This document shows, one piece after another, positions 52,345 to 64,000 of a DNA stretch of 64,000 nucleotides. Below the pieces are notes generated by a model, which was not told where the DNA came from, ran no database searches, and worked only from the letters and a program-made list of their open reading frames with translations. A program made the translations under genes and the position numbers. How positions within the stretch are numbered: position 1 is the stretch's first letter; every line of letters begins with the position of its first letter. Source of the DNA: Eledone cirrhosa (lineage: Eukaryota); the NCBI GenBank assembly GCA_964016885.1, contig CAXHJY010001374.1, forward strand, positions 9,766 to 73,765, given 5' to 3'.

Positions 52345-53100
52345 ATATAAAAAACATGAGAAGAAAGAAGAATACTGCGTGGTTGAACATGGGTTACATA
52401 TGATAAAAATAGTCCTTCGTCAGTGATTTTCCAACCATCATTGGTATTTCATCGCATTAAAAATCATATACCTCAGGTTGGTGCTAGCAATAACTAAACA
52501 CAGTTATTGGGACCAGTAATTCGCGTAAAGCGAGGGGCAAGTAAATAACATAGTAGGATAAAAGCAAACCGAAGATAGGAAAATAAACAAGCAACATGGT
52601 TGTCCGGTCAGCATAACCTGGGTGGATTTCATGAGCGAGAGAGGTACAGACCGTCCGATGTGTGTGAGATGTTAGCAAGAAGAGACCCACTACAAGCCAA
52701 ACGGGAGGAAGTGAGAAGGGGAGAAACAGTGTGTGAGTGGAAGTGTGAGGAAGAGGTCAGTCGAGAGAAAGTGTAACTGACAGAGGGGGCGAAAGAAGAT
52801 GAGAGAAACAGAGAGAGCGGTGAAGCAGTAAGAGAGAAACAGACAAACGCAGCCGAGGTAAATATATATAAAAAACATGAGATGACAGAAGCATACTGCG
52901 TGGTTGCACATGGGTTACATATGATAAAAATAGTCCTTCGTCAGTGATTTTTAATGCGATGAAACACCAATGATGGTCGGAATATCACTGACGAAGGACT
53001 GGTTTTATCATATGTAACCCATGTGCAACCACGCAGTATTGTTCTTTCTTCTCATGTTTTTTACATATATTTACCTTGGCTGCGTTTGTCTGTTTCTCTC
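52345..53100. repeat. Element with ~85-bp direct repeat and inverted terminal copy (pLTR-like)
   Basis: 52345-52430 is repeated at 52865-52950 and inverted at ~52950-53100. Confidence 0.6.
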
Positions 53101-53149
53101 TATGTATATATATGAATATATATATATATGAAAATATATATATATATGA

Positions 53150-53256
<107 letters not shown>

Positions 53257-54100
53257 CATATATTCTCTTATCGTATGGTATTCAAACATGGTCTGGACGA
53301 ATTGACTGCAAAAACAAACAAAATACTGTCCGAATAACTTCTCCCGCAGAAACGATTCTGTTAACTGATAACATGTTTGATATTCCCTGATATCATAGTT
53401 TAAATTACAGGCTGCCAATGTACAGTGTTTAGAATATATGGTCACTGCCTCCACATCCGTTATTTTATAGGTTTTCTAGCTTTCATTCATATCTAACAAT
53501 GATATCCTACTGTTCTCCTGACATAATATATTTTACAATGCCGCCATATTTGTTACAGCAAACAACGCTACCAGTCATTCGCCTTTATAGTTCAGTGAAC
53601 CAATACATTTATTACACACAAAATTTCACCACCAACCCTAACACTATTTCCGCATTCTTCAATCTCTGCAGTAGTTCAAATAAAGTGATGGGATCAATAA
53701 CAATGGTGTGTCTACATTATTTATATATTTATATATTTATTTATTTATCTGTATGTTTGTTTATTTTTATCAGTGGTCATTCATAGTTTGTTTGCAGTAG
53801 ATTATAAAATGAATATTTAAAGAGTATTGATAGATGGGGAGTCCAGTATATACAGATTGATGTGTCATGTTTGTATAACAACATATATTAATCCTTTTTT
53901 ATTGGGGTATATAACTAAGCTATATAACATTCCATCGACTTATTAGTCATCATATATACCGAATCGTTTGGTATCACGAACTTGGTGTGAGTAGGAACTT
54001 ATTTGTTTTTTCGATGACTTTCTCTCACTCTCTCTCTCTGTCTGTCCCCCTCTTTCTCTATCTCTCTCTCTGTGTCCCCCCCCCCGTCTCTCTTTCTCTC

Positions 54101-54152
<52 letters not shown>

Positions 54153-54324
54153 CCCGTACCTCATGTACCCTACCAATGCTTTCTGTGAAGACACATGATT
54201 CAGTATTTAGGATTGTTTGACTCAGCAGATAGTAATTACATAAATTCGATTCCCGGTGATGCATTGTATAGTTGAGCAAGACATATTATTTCACGTTGCC
54301 CCAGTCCACTCAGCTGTAACCAAA

Positions 54325-54465
54325 ATAATTGTTTCTACTCTTGGCACAAAGCCATCAATTGCCCAGTGCATTGCTGGTACTTTATTTTATCGACCCCGTA
54401 AGTATGAAAGGCAAAGTTAACCTCGGCGGGATTTGAACTCAGAATGGCAAGGGTCGTAACTCTAT
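54325..54465 (-). mobile_element. SINE partial copy
   Basis: Reverse complement of the 16914 family. Confidence 0.7.
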
Positions 54466-54867
54466 AACCGAAATAATGTTCACCTATAGTAAAAAGATTA
54501 AATCTCGTCCCATACCATGTTACACATGATTCCCTACAATATTACGATAAGGGTTCACATAATTTTAGAATGCTCGACTACATACACGTTTACTTAACGA
54601 GCAGAATGTACCGACGATAAAGCAAAGGAAACAATCTTTGTTAGGACAGATGGATGGCAAAGCTACACATAGACACACACACACATAAGTAATACAAGAA
54701 CGATTTGTTATGCCTTCATAAGTTCATTGATTGGTGACGCGCTTTTCGCTATTGATAATTACAAAAGCAGAGGTCCGACGAGCTATTGATTCCAGAGTTG
54801 GGCCGGATCGATACAGATTCAACCGTGTTCTGATGAATAGCCAAACGTGCGCTACCAGTCATTAAAC

Positions 54868-55062
54868 ATAATTGTTTCTACTTTTGGCACAAGGCCAGCA
54901 ATTATTCCAGTGTATTACTGGTACTCTATTTTATCGACCCCGTAAAGGATGAAAGGCAAAGTTAACCTCAGCGGGATTTGAACTCAGATCGTAAAGGGAC
55001 GTAACTATGCTGGAATGCATGGCCTCCGACCCTCTTCCGATACTGGCAATCCATCACCGCCA
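54868..55062 (-). mobile_element. tRNA-derived SINE, full copy
   Basis: Reverse complement of the 16914 family, including A and B boxes. Confidence 0.8.
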
Positions 55063-55125
55063 ATAAACATAATGAAGGTAAAACATATTGTCTTTGTGTT
55101 ATTTTATGTTTATATATATATATAA

Positions 55126-55318
55126 GTTATTCCGGGTTGAATCGGAGGTAACCACAGTAAATAAGGTACTCAATACATAGCAGAGTATACAAGTTTTAAT
55201 ATAGAAGAGCTTCTACAGGACTAGAACTGATCCATTCGTGACAAATCATCAGGAACTTCTTGATGATTTCTCACGAATGAAACAGTTCTAGTCCTGTAGA
55301 AGCTCTTCTATATTAATA
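55126..55318. repeat. HHR + tail mini-element with head-to-head duplicated ribozyme
   Basis: Same family as 7418, 44745 and 58570. Inversion at ~55257, next to CTGATGA; both cores carry mutations. Confidence 0.7.
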
Positions 55319-55379
55319 TATATATATATATATATATACATACACACACAGACAAACAAAGACACACACACACACACAC

Positions 55380-55463
<84 letters not shown>

Positions 55464-55819
55464 TTGGTTTTGCGAATAAGGCTTAAAGTGAGCGCGTGAT
55501 AAGATTTCTCCGTCTGGAATCATGTGTTTATGGCAGAGTCTTGTAACTGCAGATTTGTTTATAGTAAGGGTTGCCACGTTACATTCCATATTCACACTAA
55601 ATGTATGAATCAGGACGAACGTCTGGCCGTGTTATATATAGCTCCATAATTTGCAATCTAATAACTCTCTGTATAGAGTGAGTATTCTTCTTGCATTGAA
55701 TATGGCAACGAAATCCGCAACAATTATGTTTCTGCGTGAGGAAATGATTCATAGATATCATCACATAAAGCATTTTAACTATACAATTTGTCTATCTATC
55801 TCGTATTGTTGTATACTAT

Positions 55820-55888
<69 letters not shown>

Positions 55889-55934
55889 ATATATATATAT
55901 ATATGGATAGATAGATAGATATATAGATATATAT

Positions 55935-58234
55935 TGGCGATGAATTAGTTTTGCGAGGTTTTTTATATGAAATCGTGTGTCGAAACAGATATTGTTATAT
56001 TTGGGGAGGGTCATATTTGCGTAATATTGCCAGAATTAATAACAGAACACACTCACTGTTTGGTTGGTTTTCGCTTCTCGCTGTCTTTTATATATATATA
56101 TCTGCGATCTAACTTACTCGGTCCTCAATGTTGCCATTGACTGACCGGCGGTCAAAAATAATACAGATACAATATAGACAAACACATATATATATAGTTT
56201 ACATCATTTACATAAATCTTTCGTTGCACATCTGCAACATCGTCAGTGGTGTTATATTCATTGTTCCTCCTGTTGTGTTGTATGTCTACGCCATTTTTTT
56301 TGTTCAGTCTGTCTATATATTTATTTATTTATTTGCTTGTTTGTTTATCTTATTTTATTTTGTCTTCTTTGCGCATGCGTTTGCGTGTGTGTATAGTGTT
56401 ATGTGTGATGTGTGACTAGTGTGTATAGTGTTGTGTCTGCTGGGTGACTAGTGTGTGTTTATGTGCTTGTGTATGTATTTATTTATCTTATTTTATTTTA
56501 TTTAATTTACTTATTTATTTATACTTCTCTTAGGTCAGTGTTGTTTGTTTGGGTGTTGTTGTTGTTCCACTCATTCTTTCTGTTTAGCTTTGGTCTTCTA
56601 ATTTCTATTTCACTGGCCTCTCTGATTTGCCTATCTGCTGGGTCATTCCTATGTTTAGATATTATTCTAATTTCTATGTTGTCTATGTTACCGTCATGTT
56701 GTTGTCTAGCATGTTCGTATAGTACTGACCCGTTTTTTCGTCCTTTTAGTTCCCCCCAGTGTTGGTCTATCCTTTCACCTATGCTACGAGCTGTCTCACC
56801 TATGTATGTTGTTGTCGTGTTTCTGCAAGTACCCTCTGTACATCTTATGCTATAGACTACGTTTCTAGTTTTACAGTTTATCCGGGGGTTCACCTTACAT
56901 ATGATACATGTCCTATTGGTACAGTGGGTTTTCTTAAAAGGGTAGGTTTTGCTGATCAGGGATTTTATGAGGACCGAGTAAGTTAGATCGCAGATATATA
57001 TATATAAAAGACAGCGAGAAGCGAAAACCAACCAAACAGTGAGTGTGTTCTGTTATTAATTCTGGCAATATTACGCAAATATGACCCTCCCCAAATATAA
57101 CAATATCTGTTTCGACACACGATTTCATATAAAAAACCTCGCAACAGAGTGTCATGTTTGTGGACGCCACCCCTGGAGGGAAATTAGCTAACCAGTGTAG
57201 AAAGGCCCTGAGAAAGACCCACTTAAAAATAAAGGTGGTAGAAAAGCCAGGAACCACCATAAAATCCCTGATCAGCAAAACCTACCCTTTTAAGAAAACC
57301 CACTGTACCAATAGGAAATGTATCATATGTAAGGTGAACCCCCGGATAAACTGTAAAACTAGAAACGTAGTCTATAGCATAATATGTACAGAGGGTACTT
57401 GCAGAAACACGACAACAACATACATAGGTGAGACAGCTCGTAGCATAGGTGAAAGGATAGACCAACACTGGGGGGAACTAAAAGGACGAAAAAACGGGTC
57501 AGTACTATACGAACATGCTAGACAACAACATGACGGTAACATAGACAACATAGAAATTAGAATAATATCTAAACATAGAAATGACCCAGCAGATAGGCAA
57601 ATCAGAGAGGCCAGTGAAATAGAAATTAGAAGACCAAAGCTAAACAGAAAGAATGAGTGGAACAACAACAACACCCAAACAAACAACACTGACCTAAGAG
57701 AAGTATAAATAAATAAGTAAATTAAATAAAATAAAATAAGATAAATAAATACATACACAAGCACATAAACACACACTAGTCACCCAGCAGACACAACACT
57801 ATACACACTAGTCACACATCACACATAACACTATACACACTCGCAAACGCATGCGCAAAGAAGACAAAATAAAGTAAGATAAACAAACAAGCAAATAAAT
57901 AAATAAATATATAGACAGACTGAACAAAAAAAATGGCGTAGACATACAACACAACAGGAGGAACAATGAATATAACACCACTGACGATGTTGCAGATGTG
58001 CAACGAAAGATTTATGTAAATGATGTAAACTATATATATATGTGTTTGTCTATATTGTATCTGTATTATTTTTGACCGCCGGTCAGTCAATGGCAACATT
58101 GAGGACCGAGTAAGTTAGATCGCAGATATATATATATAAAAGACAGCGAGAAGCGAAAACCAACCAAACAGTGAGTGTGTTCTGTTATTAATTCTGGCAA
58201 TATTACGCAAATATGACCCTCCCCAAATATAACA
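55935..58234. mobile_element. Neptune-like PLE fragments in an inverted/tandem arrangement
   Basis: GIY-YIG ORFs at 56519-56966(-) and 57154-57708(+) read CKTRNVVYSI.C..YIGETARSIGERIDQH. HHR-like CTGACGA-TGTTGCA/TGCAAC-GAAAG at ~57977-58015 with a mirror at ~56212-56250. The 3' module occurs three times. Confidence 0.88.
57154..57708 (+). CDS. PLE GIY-YIG endonuclease fragment
   Basis: VVY..YIGET..R..H..E..LN motifs; homologous to 3000-3914. Confidence 0.85.
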   Translation: MFVDATPGGKLANQCRKALRKTHLKIKVVEKPGTTIKSLISKTYPFKKTHCTNRKCIICKVNPRINCKTRNVVYSIICTEGTCRNTTTTYIGETARSIGERIDQHWGELKGRKNGSVLYEHARQQHDGNIDNIEIRIISKHRNDPADRQIREASEIEIRRPKLNRKNEWNNNNTQTNNTDLREV

Positions 58235-58280
58235 GTAGATATATATTGATATATATATATATATATATATATACATGTGT

Positions 58281-58411
<131 letters not shown>

Positions 58412-58476
58412 TAGATAGATAGATATATAGATATATATTGATATATATATATATATGTGTATATATATACATGTGT

Positions 58477-58568
<92 letters not shown>

Positions 58569-58700
58569 GAATCCTGATGATTTCAAATGAATGAAACAGT
58601 TCTAGTCCTGTAGAATCTCATCTATATTAAAACTGTTATACTCTGCTATGTATTGAGTACCTTACTTACTGTGGTTACCTCCGATTCAACCCGGAATAAC

Positions 58701-58702
<2 letters not shown>
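58569..58702 (+). mobile_element. ~130-bp HHR + tail mini-element in (TA)n
   Basis: GAATC-CTGATGA-...-GAAACAGTTCTAGTCCTGTA-GAATC ... GATTCAACCCGGAATAACG(TA)n. Confidence 0.75.
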
Positions 58703-58759
<57 letters not shown>

Positions 58760-59072
58760 TATAGATATAGATATGTAGATATATATATATATATATATAT
58801 AGATATATATGTTTCTTTTATTTGCCACCAGGGCATCAAAAGTGGGGCAAGTACAATGGGGGGAGTTTACAAAACAAGGCGTCCTCAATAAGGAGGAGGC
58901 AATAACAATATATAAAAATAAAATAAAATATAACAAAAAATAAAATTTATAACAAAGTCCTCAATAGAGAGGAGGCGCCTTGGGGGTCGCACACACCCCC
59001 GAAAAAAGTGTGCAACCCTTCTCCTCAGGAGCACAGAGAAGGGGTTCTCCCTTGGTCTTTCATCTTCCCCAC

Positions 59073-62000
59073 CTATAGTCTGATGTAGAGTGAAGGCCCA
59101 TTCACACGGGCCATTCTCGCCACTTTCACCCATCTTTCATAGAAACGGCTGGGGTGCAGCACCTCTCTCTCCATCCTGATCCTTCTTCCGAAATGATATC
59201 GGAAGAAACGGACCAATTGTTGGCCAGAGAGAAAGGTGTCTGACCTCAGTCCTTTCAGACGCGTCCACCATACAACCTCTTTCGCCATGGCTATTACGCA
59301 CAGAAACACCGCCTCTCCTTCGTTTTTGAAGAGGGGAGGCGGCTTGAACGTTACAATAGAGTCGGTGGTCAACCGGATTGGTCCCACCCTTGACAGCAGT
59401 TGTTCGACATAACCCCACAGATCGGTAATGCCCGAGCAGTGTACCAATGCGTTTGTAACGGTTTCCTCGTCGCACACCAATCTGGGACAGATGTTTTTCG
59501 ATGGGTCCCTACCCGGGCGCCCGTGTCTGTAGAGCCTTTCTCGAACGGGCAGAGCCCTTCTGTAGCATTGCCAGGCCAGGGACCTCTGGAAGTTATCCAT
59601 GGGTCCCGGGCTGAATGTCCTACCGAACAGGTTGGCCAGTTCGTCTTCCTCCATGCCTATGGCTTCTCCGAGGGCGTCGTCGCACCTGCTAACCACCAGC
59701 CCTCTATAGAATGACGAGGTGGATTCTCCACTGACAGCCGGGTCCGCCTGCCGGAGAGCCGTGAGTGCCTGGGCACACTCGGTGTGCCAGGCGCCCAGTT
59801 TTCTCGGTCTTTGCTTGACCCAGGATTGCAGCTCGGTGAGTGAGACGAGTCTGGGAAAGGCTCGCCTCACAAACGGGGCCCACACCGGTTGACCGGAGAG
59901 GAATACCTGAAGGTGTCGTAGCCTTAATGCGTGTTTACGTATCATTAGCCACGGCATCCCCAGCCCTCCTTTCGAAGGGTGTTGACAGCAGATGGATCTC
60001 CTCACCATAGGAGCCCGCTTCTTCCAAAGGAATTGGAAGAGTGCGCGCTCCATTTTGGCGAGCGTTTCCCTTGGGCAAGGCTCAACGGTCAGGCGGTAGT
60101 AGATGACGGACGCTATATAAGTGTTCGCCAACTCCGCCCGTCCTTTCAGGGACAGTTTGCACTCGGCCCACTTCTGGGTCAGTGCAAACACCCTGTTCGT
60201 CACCTCACCCCAGTTCTTCTCCACCTGGAGGTCTGGTCCGAACCAGACCCCGAGCAACTTCACCGGGCCCTCCGTCCAGCGCCCGACGACGCCATCGGAG
60301 GGCATCGATCTGCCCCTCCACGTGCCGAGTTGCAGACCGATCGACTTGTCCCGGTTCAGCTTAGCCCCTGTAAACCTTTCGTACTCCTCCAGTAAGGTGC
60401 CGATCGCCCTGATTTCCGAGGCCGTCGACACAATTACTGTTACGTCATCGGCGTAGGCTGACACCGCTTTCCGCAATCCCGGTTCCAACGGGATGCCCTG
60501 CAACAACTCCAACTTCCGCAGCAGTGGCTCTAGAGTCATTACATACAGAAGGGAGGAGAGAGGGCACCCCTGTCGGATGGACCGCGCGATTTCGAACGGC
60601 TCCGAGAGGTAACCGTTCACCTTGACCCTAGAGCAGATGCGGCTGCTGTGCATGGCATTGATCCAGCCCCTGAAAACGGGTCTGAAGCCTGCCGCCGCTA
60701 GCACTGCATCCAGGTAACCATGGTCGACCCTATCGAATGCCTTAGATTGATCCAAGTTGATCAGGGCCCCACCAAAGCCGGGTTCGTTTCCAACCCTCTC
60801 TATGATGTATCGCATGAGGTGGAGGTTATCGTGGATGGACCTGGACGGGATAGCAGATGTCTGCGCATCTCCCACCAGGTTGCCCACGACAAGCGCCAAC
60901 CTCTTTGCTAGCACCTTGGCCAAAATCTGTAACTCTGTATTTAGCAGAGTTATGGGCCTGACATTATTTATATCGTCCCCCTTGTTCTCGTCCTTCCTCA
61001 CTAGCGTGACTACGCCCTTGGTCACAGCACAGGGAATTCTCCCGTTCTGTTGCCAGTTGCAGTAGACCGCCTCGAGGAGATCGGGGAACAAGTCCGGCAT
61101 AGCTAGATATAGTTCGTATGGAAGACCATCGAGACCCGGGGATTTTTGTTTGCCGCATAGGCTCAGCACGTCCTCTATCTCAGCGGCTGAAATCGGCTCC
61201 TCGCAGGACTTCGCCTCCCTGTCCGAGAGACGCGGCAGGCCGTCGCGGTATGGACCGAAGTCCACGTCCCCAACCGGCCCCCCGCCCCTTCCGAACAATC
61301 CGGCAAAGTGCTTTTGAAAAGCCTCGCACATCTGCTTAGGTTCAAGGATCACCCGTCCATCCTGGTCTTGCAAAGATCTGATAGTGGATCTGCTCCCTCT
61401 TTTGGCTTCTGTCACGCGGGCCCAGCTAACAGCTTTGGTCCCCTCGTTTCCCAGAGCACGTATTTTGCTTCGGACGTTGCAGCCTTCGTGTTTCGCGTCG
61501 AAGAACTGGCCCAGGTCCGTTCTCGACGCTAGCATTCTGGCCACGTCGCCGCTTCTAATTGCCTCTTCTACACTATCTACCAACTCCCTTTCCTTCCTAT
61601 TTCTATTTGAGGCTAACTCCTTACTAAATTCTATAGAGACTACTCTAATCTCTCTTTTGAGAGATCCCCACCACCTGCTGTTGACGATGGCGCCCGTCAA
61701 CCGCTCCTTAACTAAAGTGCTAACCCGGTTCCTGTAAGCCTTACTTGCCGGTAAGGACAAGTTGAGCTTCCAGTAATCGGGTCCCTGTCTATGAGTTCTG
61801 TCAAGGTTGACCATGCAGGTCACTAATTTGTGGTCTGAATAGCCAACCATGCGCATTTTTGGACAACTTAAAAAGTCCTTCTCCTTAATTCTAACTAAGA
61901 ACCTATCTAGGTACGACCTAGATGATCCGCTACGATTTGCCCAAGTCCAGGTTGGCGCAGTCGGAAAATCTAGTCGATATCTATCGGCCAGGTCAAATCA

Positions 62001-62510
62001 ACCGATTAACCCTTTGAGGCTATTACACCCCTCTCTATCGGGGCAGGCCCCTACGTAGTCCCAGCGTGCATCTAGGATACCATTCCAGTCCCCAACTAAT
62101 AGCAAGGAGCGGGACGTCCCTAGAAAAGTCTCCAGACGATGGAAGAAGTCCGGCCGCATTGACCCGAAAGGGCCGTAGGCGGCTACCAACCTAAACGCTC
62201 CGCCTTTACCACTGCCAAGGTCCAGAACCACTAGTCGACCCTCCGGGTCCAAATGTACCATCTGTGTTGCGAGACCCAGATGTTTTTGCAGCAGAACGAC
62301 AACTCCACCCCCACCTCCGGGCTGACAGAGAGATGCGTGCATCTCAAAGTCATCAAAGGTGGGGGCCAGCTGTCGCACGTTGCTGATCCGGGCCTCGCAA
62401 ATAACCATCACATCTATACGTTGTGACCTGAGGTCATTTAGAAGCATTGCTTGCTTCCAAGTTGAGCCCAGGCCACGCGCATTTAAACAGCCTACTCTTA
62501 GTATAGCCAT
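59073..62510 (-). pseudogene. Tx1 ORF2 (APE-RT, ~1145 codons) with a single in-frame TGA at 61998-62000
   Basis: CLNARGL, GDWN, YLDRF, SDH; PGLDGL, RPITLLN, LDQSKAFDRVDH, RQGCPLS, AYADD. Both ORF pieces are in the same frame. Confidence 0.9.
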
Positions 62511-62534
62511 GTTGGTGGTGAAGAGAAAAGGCAC

Positions 62535-63830
62535 TTACCTCTCTGCGTCCCGGGTATCGGGCTGCACAATTTCCATTAGGGTGGGGGATGGGTTGTTGGG
62601 TGGGGTGGTGGTTTGTGGAAGTGTAGGGGCAACAGTGTGTTGTGTGGTTGGGGAGCTTCGAGTTGTGTGGGTGTTTGGGGAGGGGGTGGGGTAGTTTTTT
62701 AGGAGGACGCGGTTAATGGGCCCGATGCAGGGGGGACCCATGTCCTCTTTAAAATTGTTTTTTAAAGTTTTATAGGTGTCCTGTGGGGCTTTAATCATTT
62801 TGAGGCGGGGGAAATCCCCTGCCTGGGTGAAGTTAGGCCCTTGTGTTTTTATTAGATTGTTGTTGTACACAATGTTTAACAGTTTTTTGTTTCTTGTGTT
62901 TATGTATGTGTATGCATGTTTTTGTTTTTGTGTGGTGTTTTTTGTTTGCTGTTGTTGTGAGCTCTTTTGTGTTGGTGTCAGTGTCATGTTTTGGGGAGGG
63001 GTTGTTTTCATTTGTGTGTCTGAGGTGTGTTTTCTTTTTTTTCTTTTGATTGTGTGGAAGCGCTCCTCCTCGTCTGACGACGAACTAGGGTCATCTTCCG
63101 CGTTGGAGGGGAGGGGTATATTTTCGGGTTGTGTTTTCGGTGCGGGTGTTTTGGAAATTGTTTTTGTTTTTTGAGTGGAGGGGATGGGTTGGACATTGTT
63201 TTGTTTTGGTTTGAGCTGTGGTGGTTGTTTTTGTAGTGGTAGTTGTGGTGATTGTGTTGGTTGTGCAGTTGTTGGTGGTGTAGGCAGGATTGGGTTTTTC
63301 TTATTAAGTTGGGGACAGACAGCCCTCAGGTGACCTCTGGTTCCGCAGAGGTAACACGAGGGCCGTCTACCCTCAACGGTAATGTTGATGAAGGATAGAT
63401 CATCCAGTATGACGCGTTCAGGGATCTGGGCGATCCTTTCGGGCCTCATTTGAACTACAAGTTCGAGGCTCGTTCCACTGAACGCGTCACCCGATGCCTT
63501 TCCCATGGACACCAGCATGTCATCCTCCAGGTCCAGGAAACCTGTCAAAACCCACCATATGTCCATAATCGGCAGGATGGTGTGGATTTTTATTTTTTGT
63601 GTTCTTCTACCCATGTACGTAGGGTAGAAGGTGTATGAGGTGGATGTGATTGGTTTGATGGACAGTTTCACTGCTGTGTCCCTGTCCTTCATGAGAATGG
63701 ATAGACTCCCGGAGAGTCTATCCTTCTGAATGAAGGTGATGTCCTTCATGACGTCTTTTAAAACCAGCTCTATCTCACTCTGTGATGGTTGAGCTGGCTT
63801 TTTACTTTTGTTCGAGATTGTCCTAAACAT
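62535..63830 (-). CDS. Tx1 ORF1 (gag-like, CCHC zinc knuckle)
   Basis: CYLCGTRGHLRAVC followed by a P/T/Q/K-rich disordered tail; lies directly upstream of ORF2. Confidence 0.88.
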   Translation of the reverse strand: MFRTISNKSKKPAQPSQSEIELVLKDVMKDITFIQKDRLSGSLSILMKDRDTAVKLSIKPITSTSYTFYPTYMGRRTQKIKIHTILPIMDIWWVLTGFLDLEDDMLVSMGKASGDAFSGTSLELVVQMRPERIAQIPERVILDDLSFINITVEGRRPSCYLCGTRGHLRAVCPQLNKKNPILPTPPTTAQPTQSPQLPLQKQPPQLKPKQNNVQPIPSTQKTKTISKTPAPKTQPENIPLPSNAEDDPSSSSDEEERFHTIKRKKRKHTSDTQMKTTPPQNMTLTPTQKSSQQQQTKNTTQKQKHAYTYINTRNKKLLNIVYNNNLIKTQGPNFTQAGDFPRLKMIKAPQDTYKTLKNNFKEDMGPPCIGPINRVLLKNYPTPSPNTHTTRSSPTTQHTVAPTLPQTTTPPNNPSPTLMEIVQPDTRDAER

Positions 63831-63834
63831 GACC

Positions 63835-63930
<96 letters not shown>

Positions 63931-63966
63931 TATATATATATATCTCTATATATATATATATATATA

Positions 63967-64000
<34 letters not shown>

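Larger units (their letters stand above)
58811..63836 (-). mobile_element. Near full-length Tx1/L1-clade LINE inserted in (TA)n
   Basis: ORF1 plus ORF2 (APE, RT, C-terminal Cys motif). The 3' end is AATAAAAGAAAC and both flanks are TA arrays. Confidence 0.93.

Noticed and set aside
52405-53000. CTGACGA and GAAAC motifs as a type II hammerhead
   Set aside because: No consistent set of three stems with a valid NUH triplet could be built.
55480-55790. Possible THAP-like or host exon (TRLCHKH)
   Set aside because: The other THAP motifs and clear splice signals are missing, and there are stops nearby.
59137-61737. Plus-strand ORFs overlapping the Tx1 element
   Set aside because: Antisense shadows of the GC-rich ORF2 with no domain motifs.
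61998-62000. In-frame TGA as selenocysteine or programmed readthrough
   Set aside because: Not an evident Cys position and no SECIS was recognised; CpG decay of CGA is the simpler explanation.

Overview
AT-rich eukaryotic (animal) repeat region with no recognisable host gene. The SINE type and (TA)n/(CA)n density suggest an invertebrate, probably a cephalopod, but this is inference. Long (TA)n arrays hold nested retroelements: Neptune-like and Naiad-like Penelope-like elements (PLEs; RT and GIY-YIG fragments, inverted pLTR copies), a nearly intact Tx1/L1 LINE with one nonsense codon, a decayed CR1-group LINE, RTE and CRE 3' fragments, tRNA-derived SINEs, two tandem non-autonomous Helitrons and an intron-containing tRNA-Tyr pseudogene. 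The most striking unannotated signal is a dense set of type I hammerhead ribozymes (HHRs): about 25 intact or decayed motifs from more than 10 unrelated sequence families. They include a 310-bp retrozyme-like tandem/palindromic array, variants with a very long stem II or III or a U4C core, inversion breakpoints falling in HHR cores, a repeat unit that carries its own (TA)n tract, and a captured 28S rRNA fragment. All folds were derived by eye and ribozyme activity is untested. Almost all YI/IY-rich ORFs are microsatellite artefacts.
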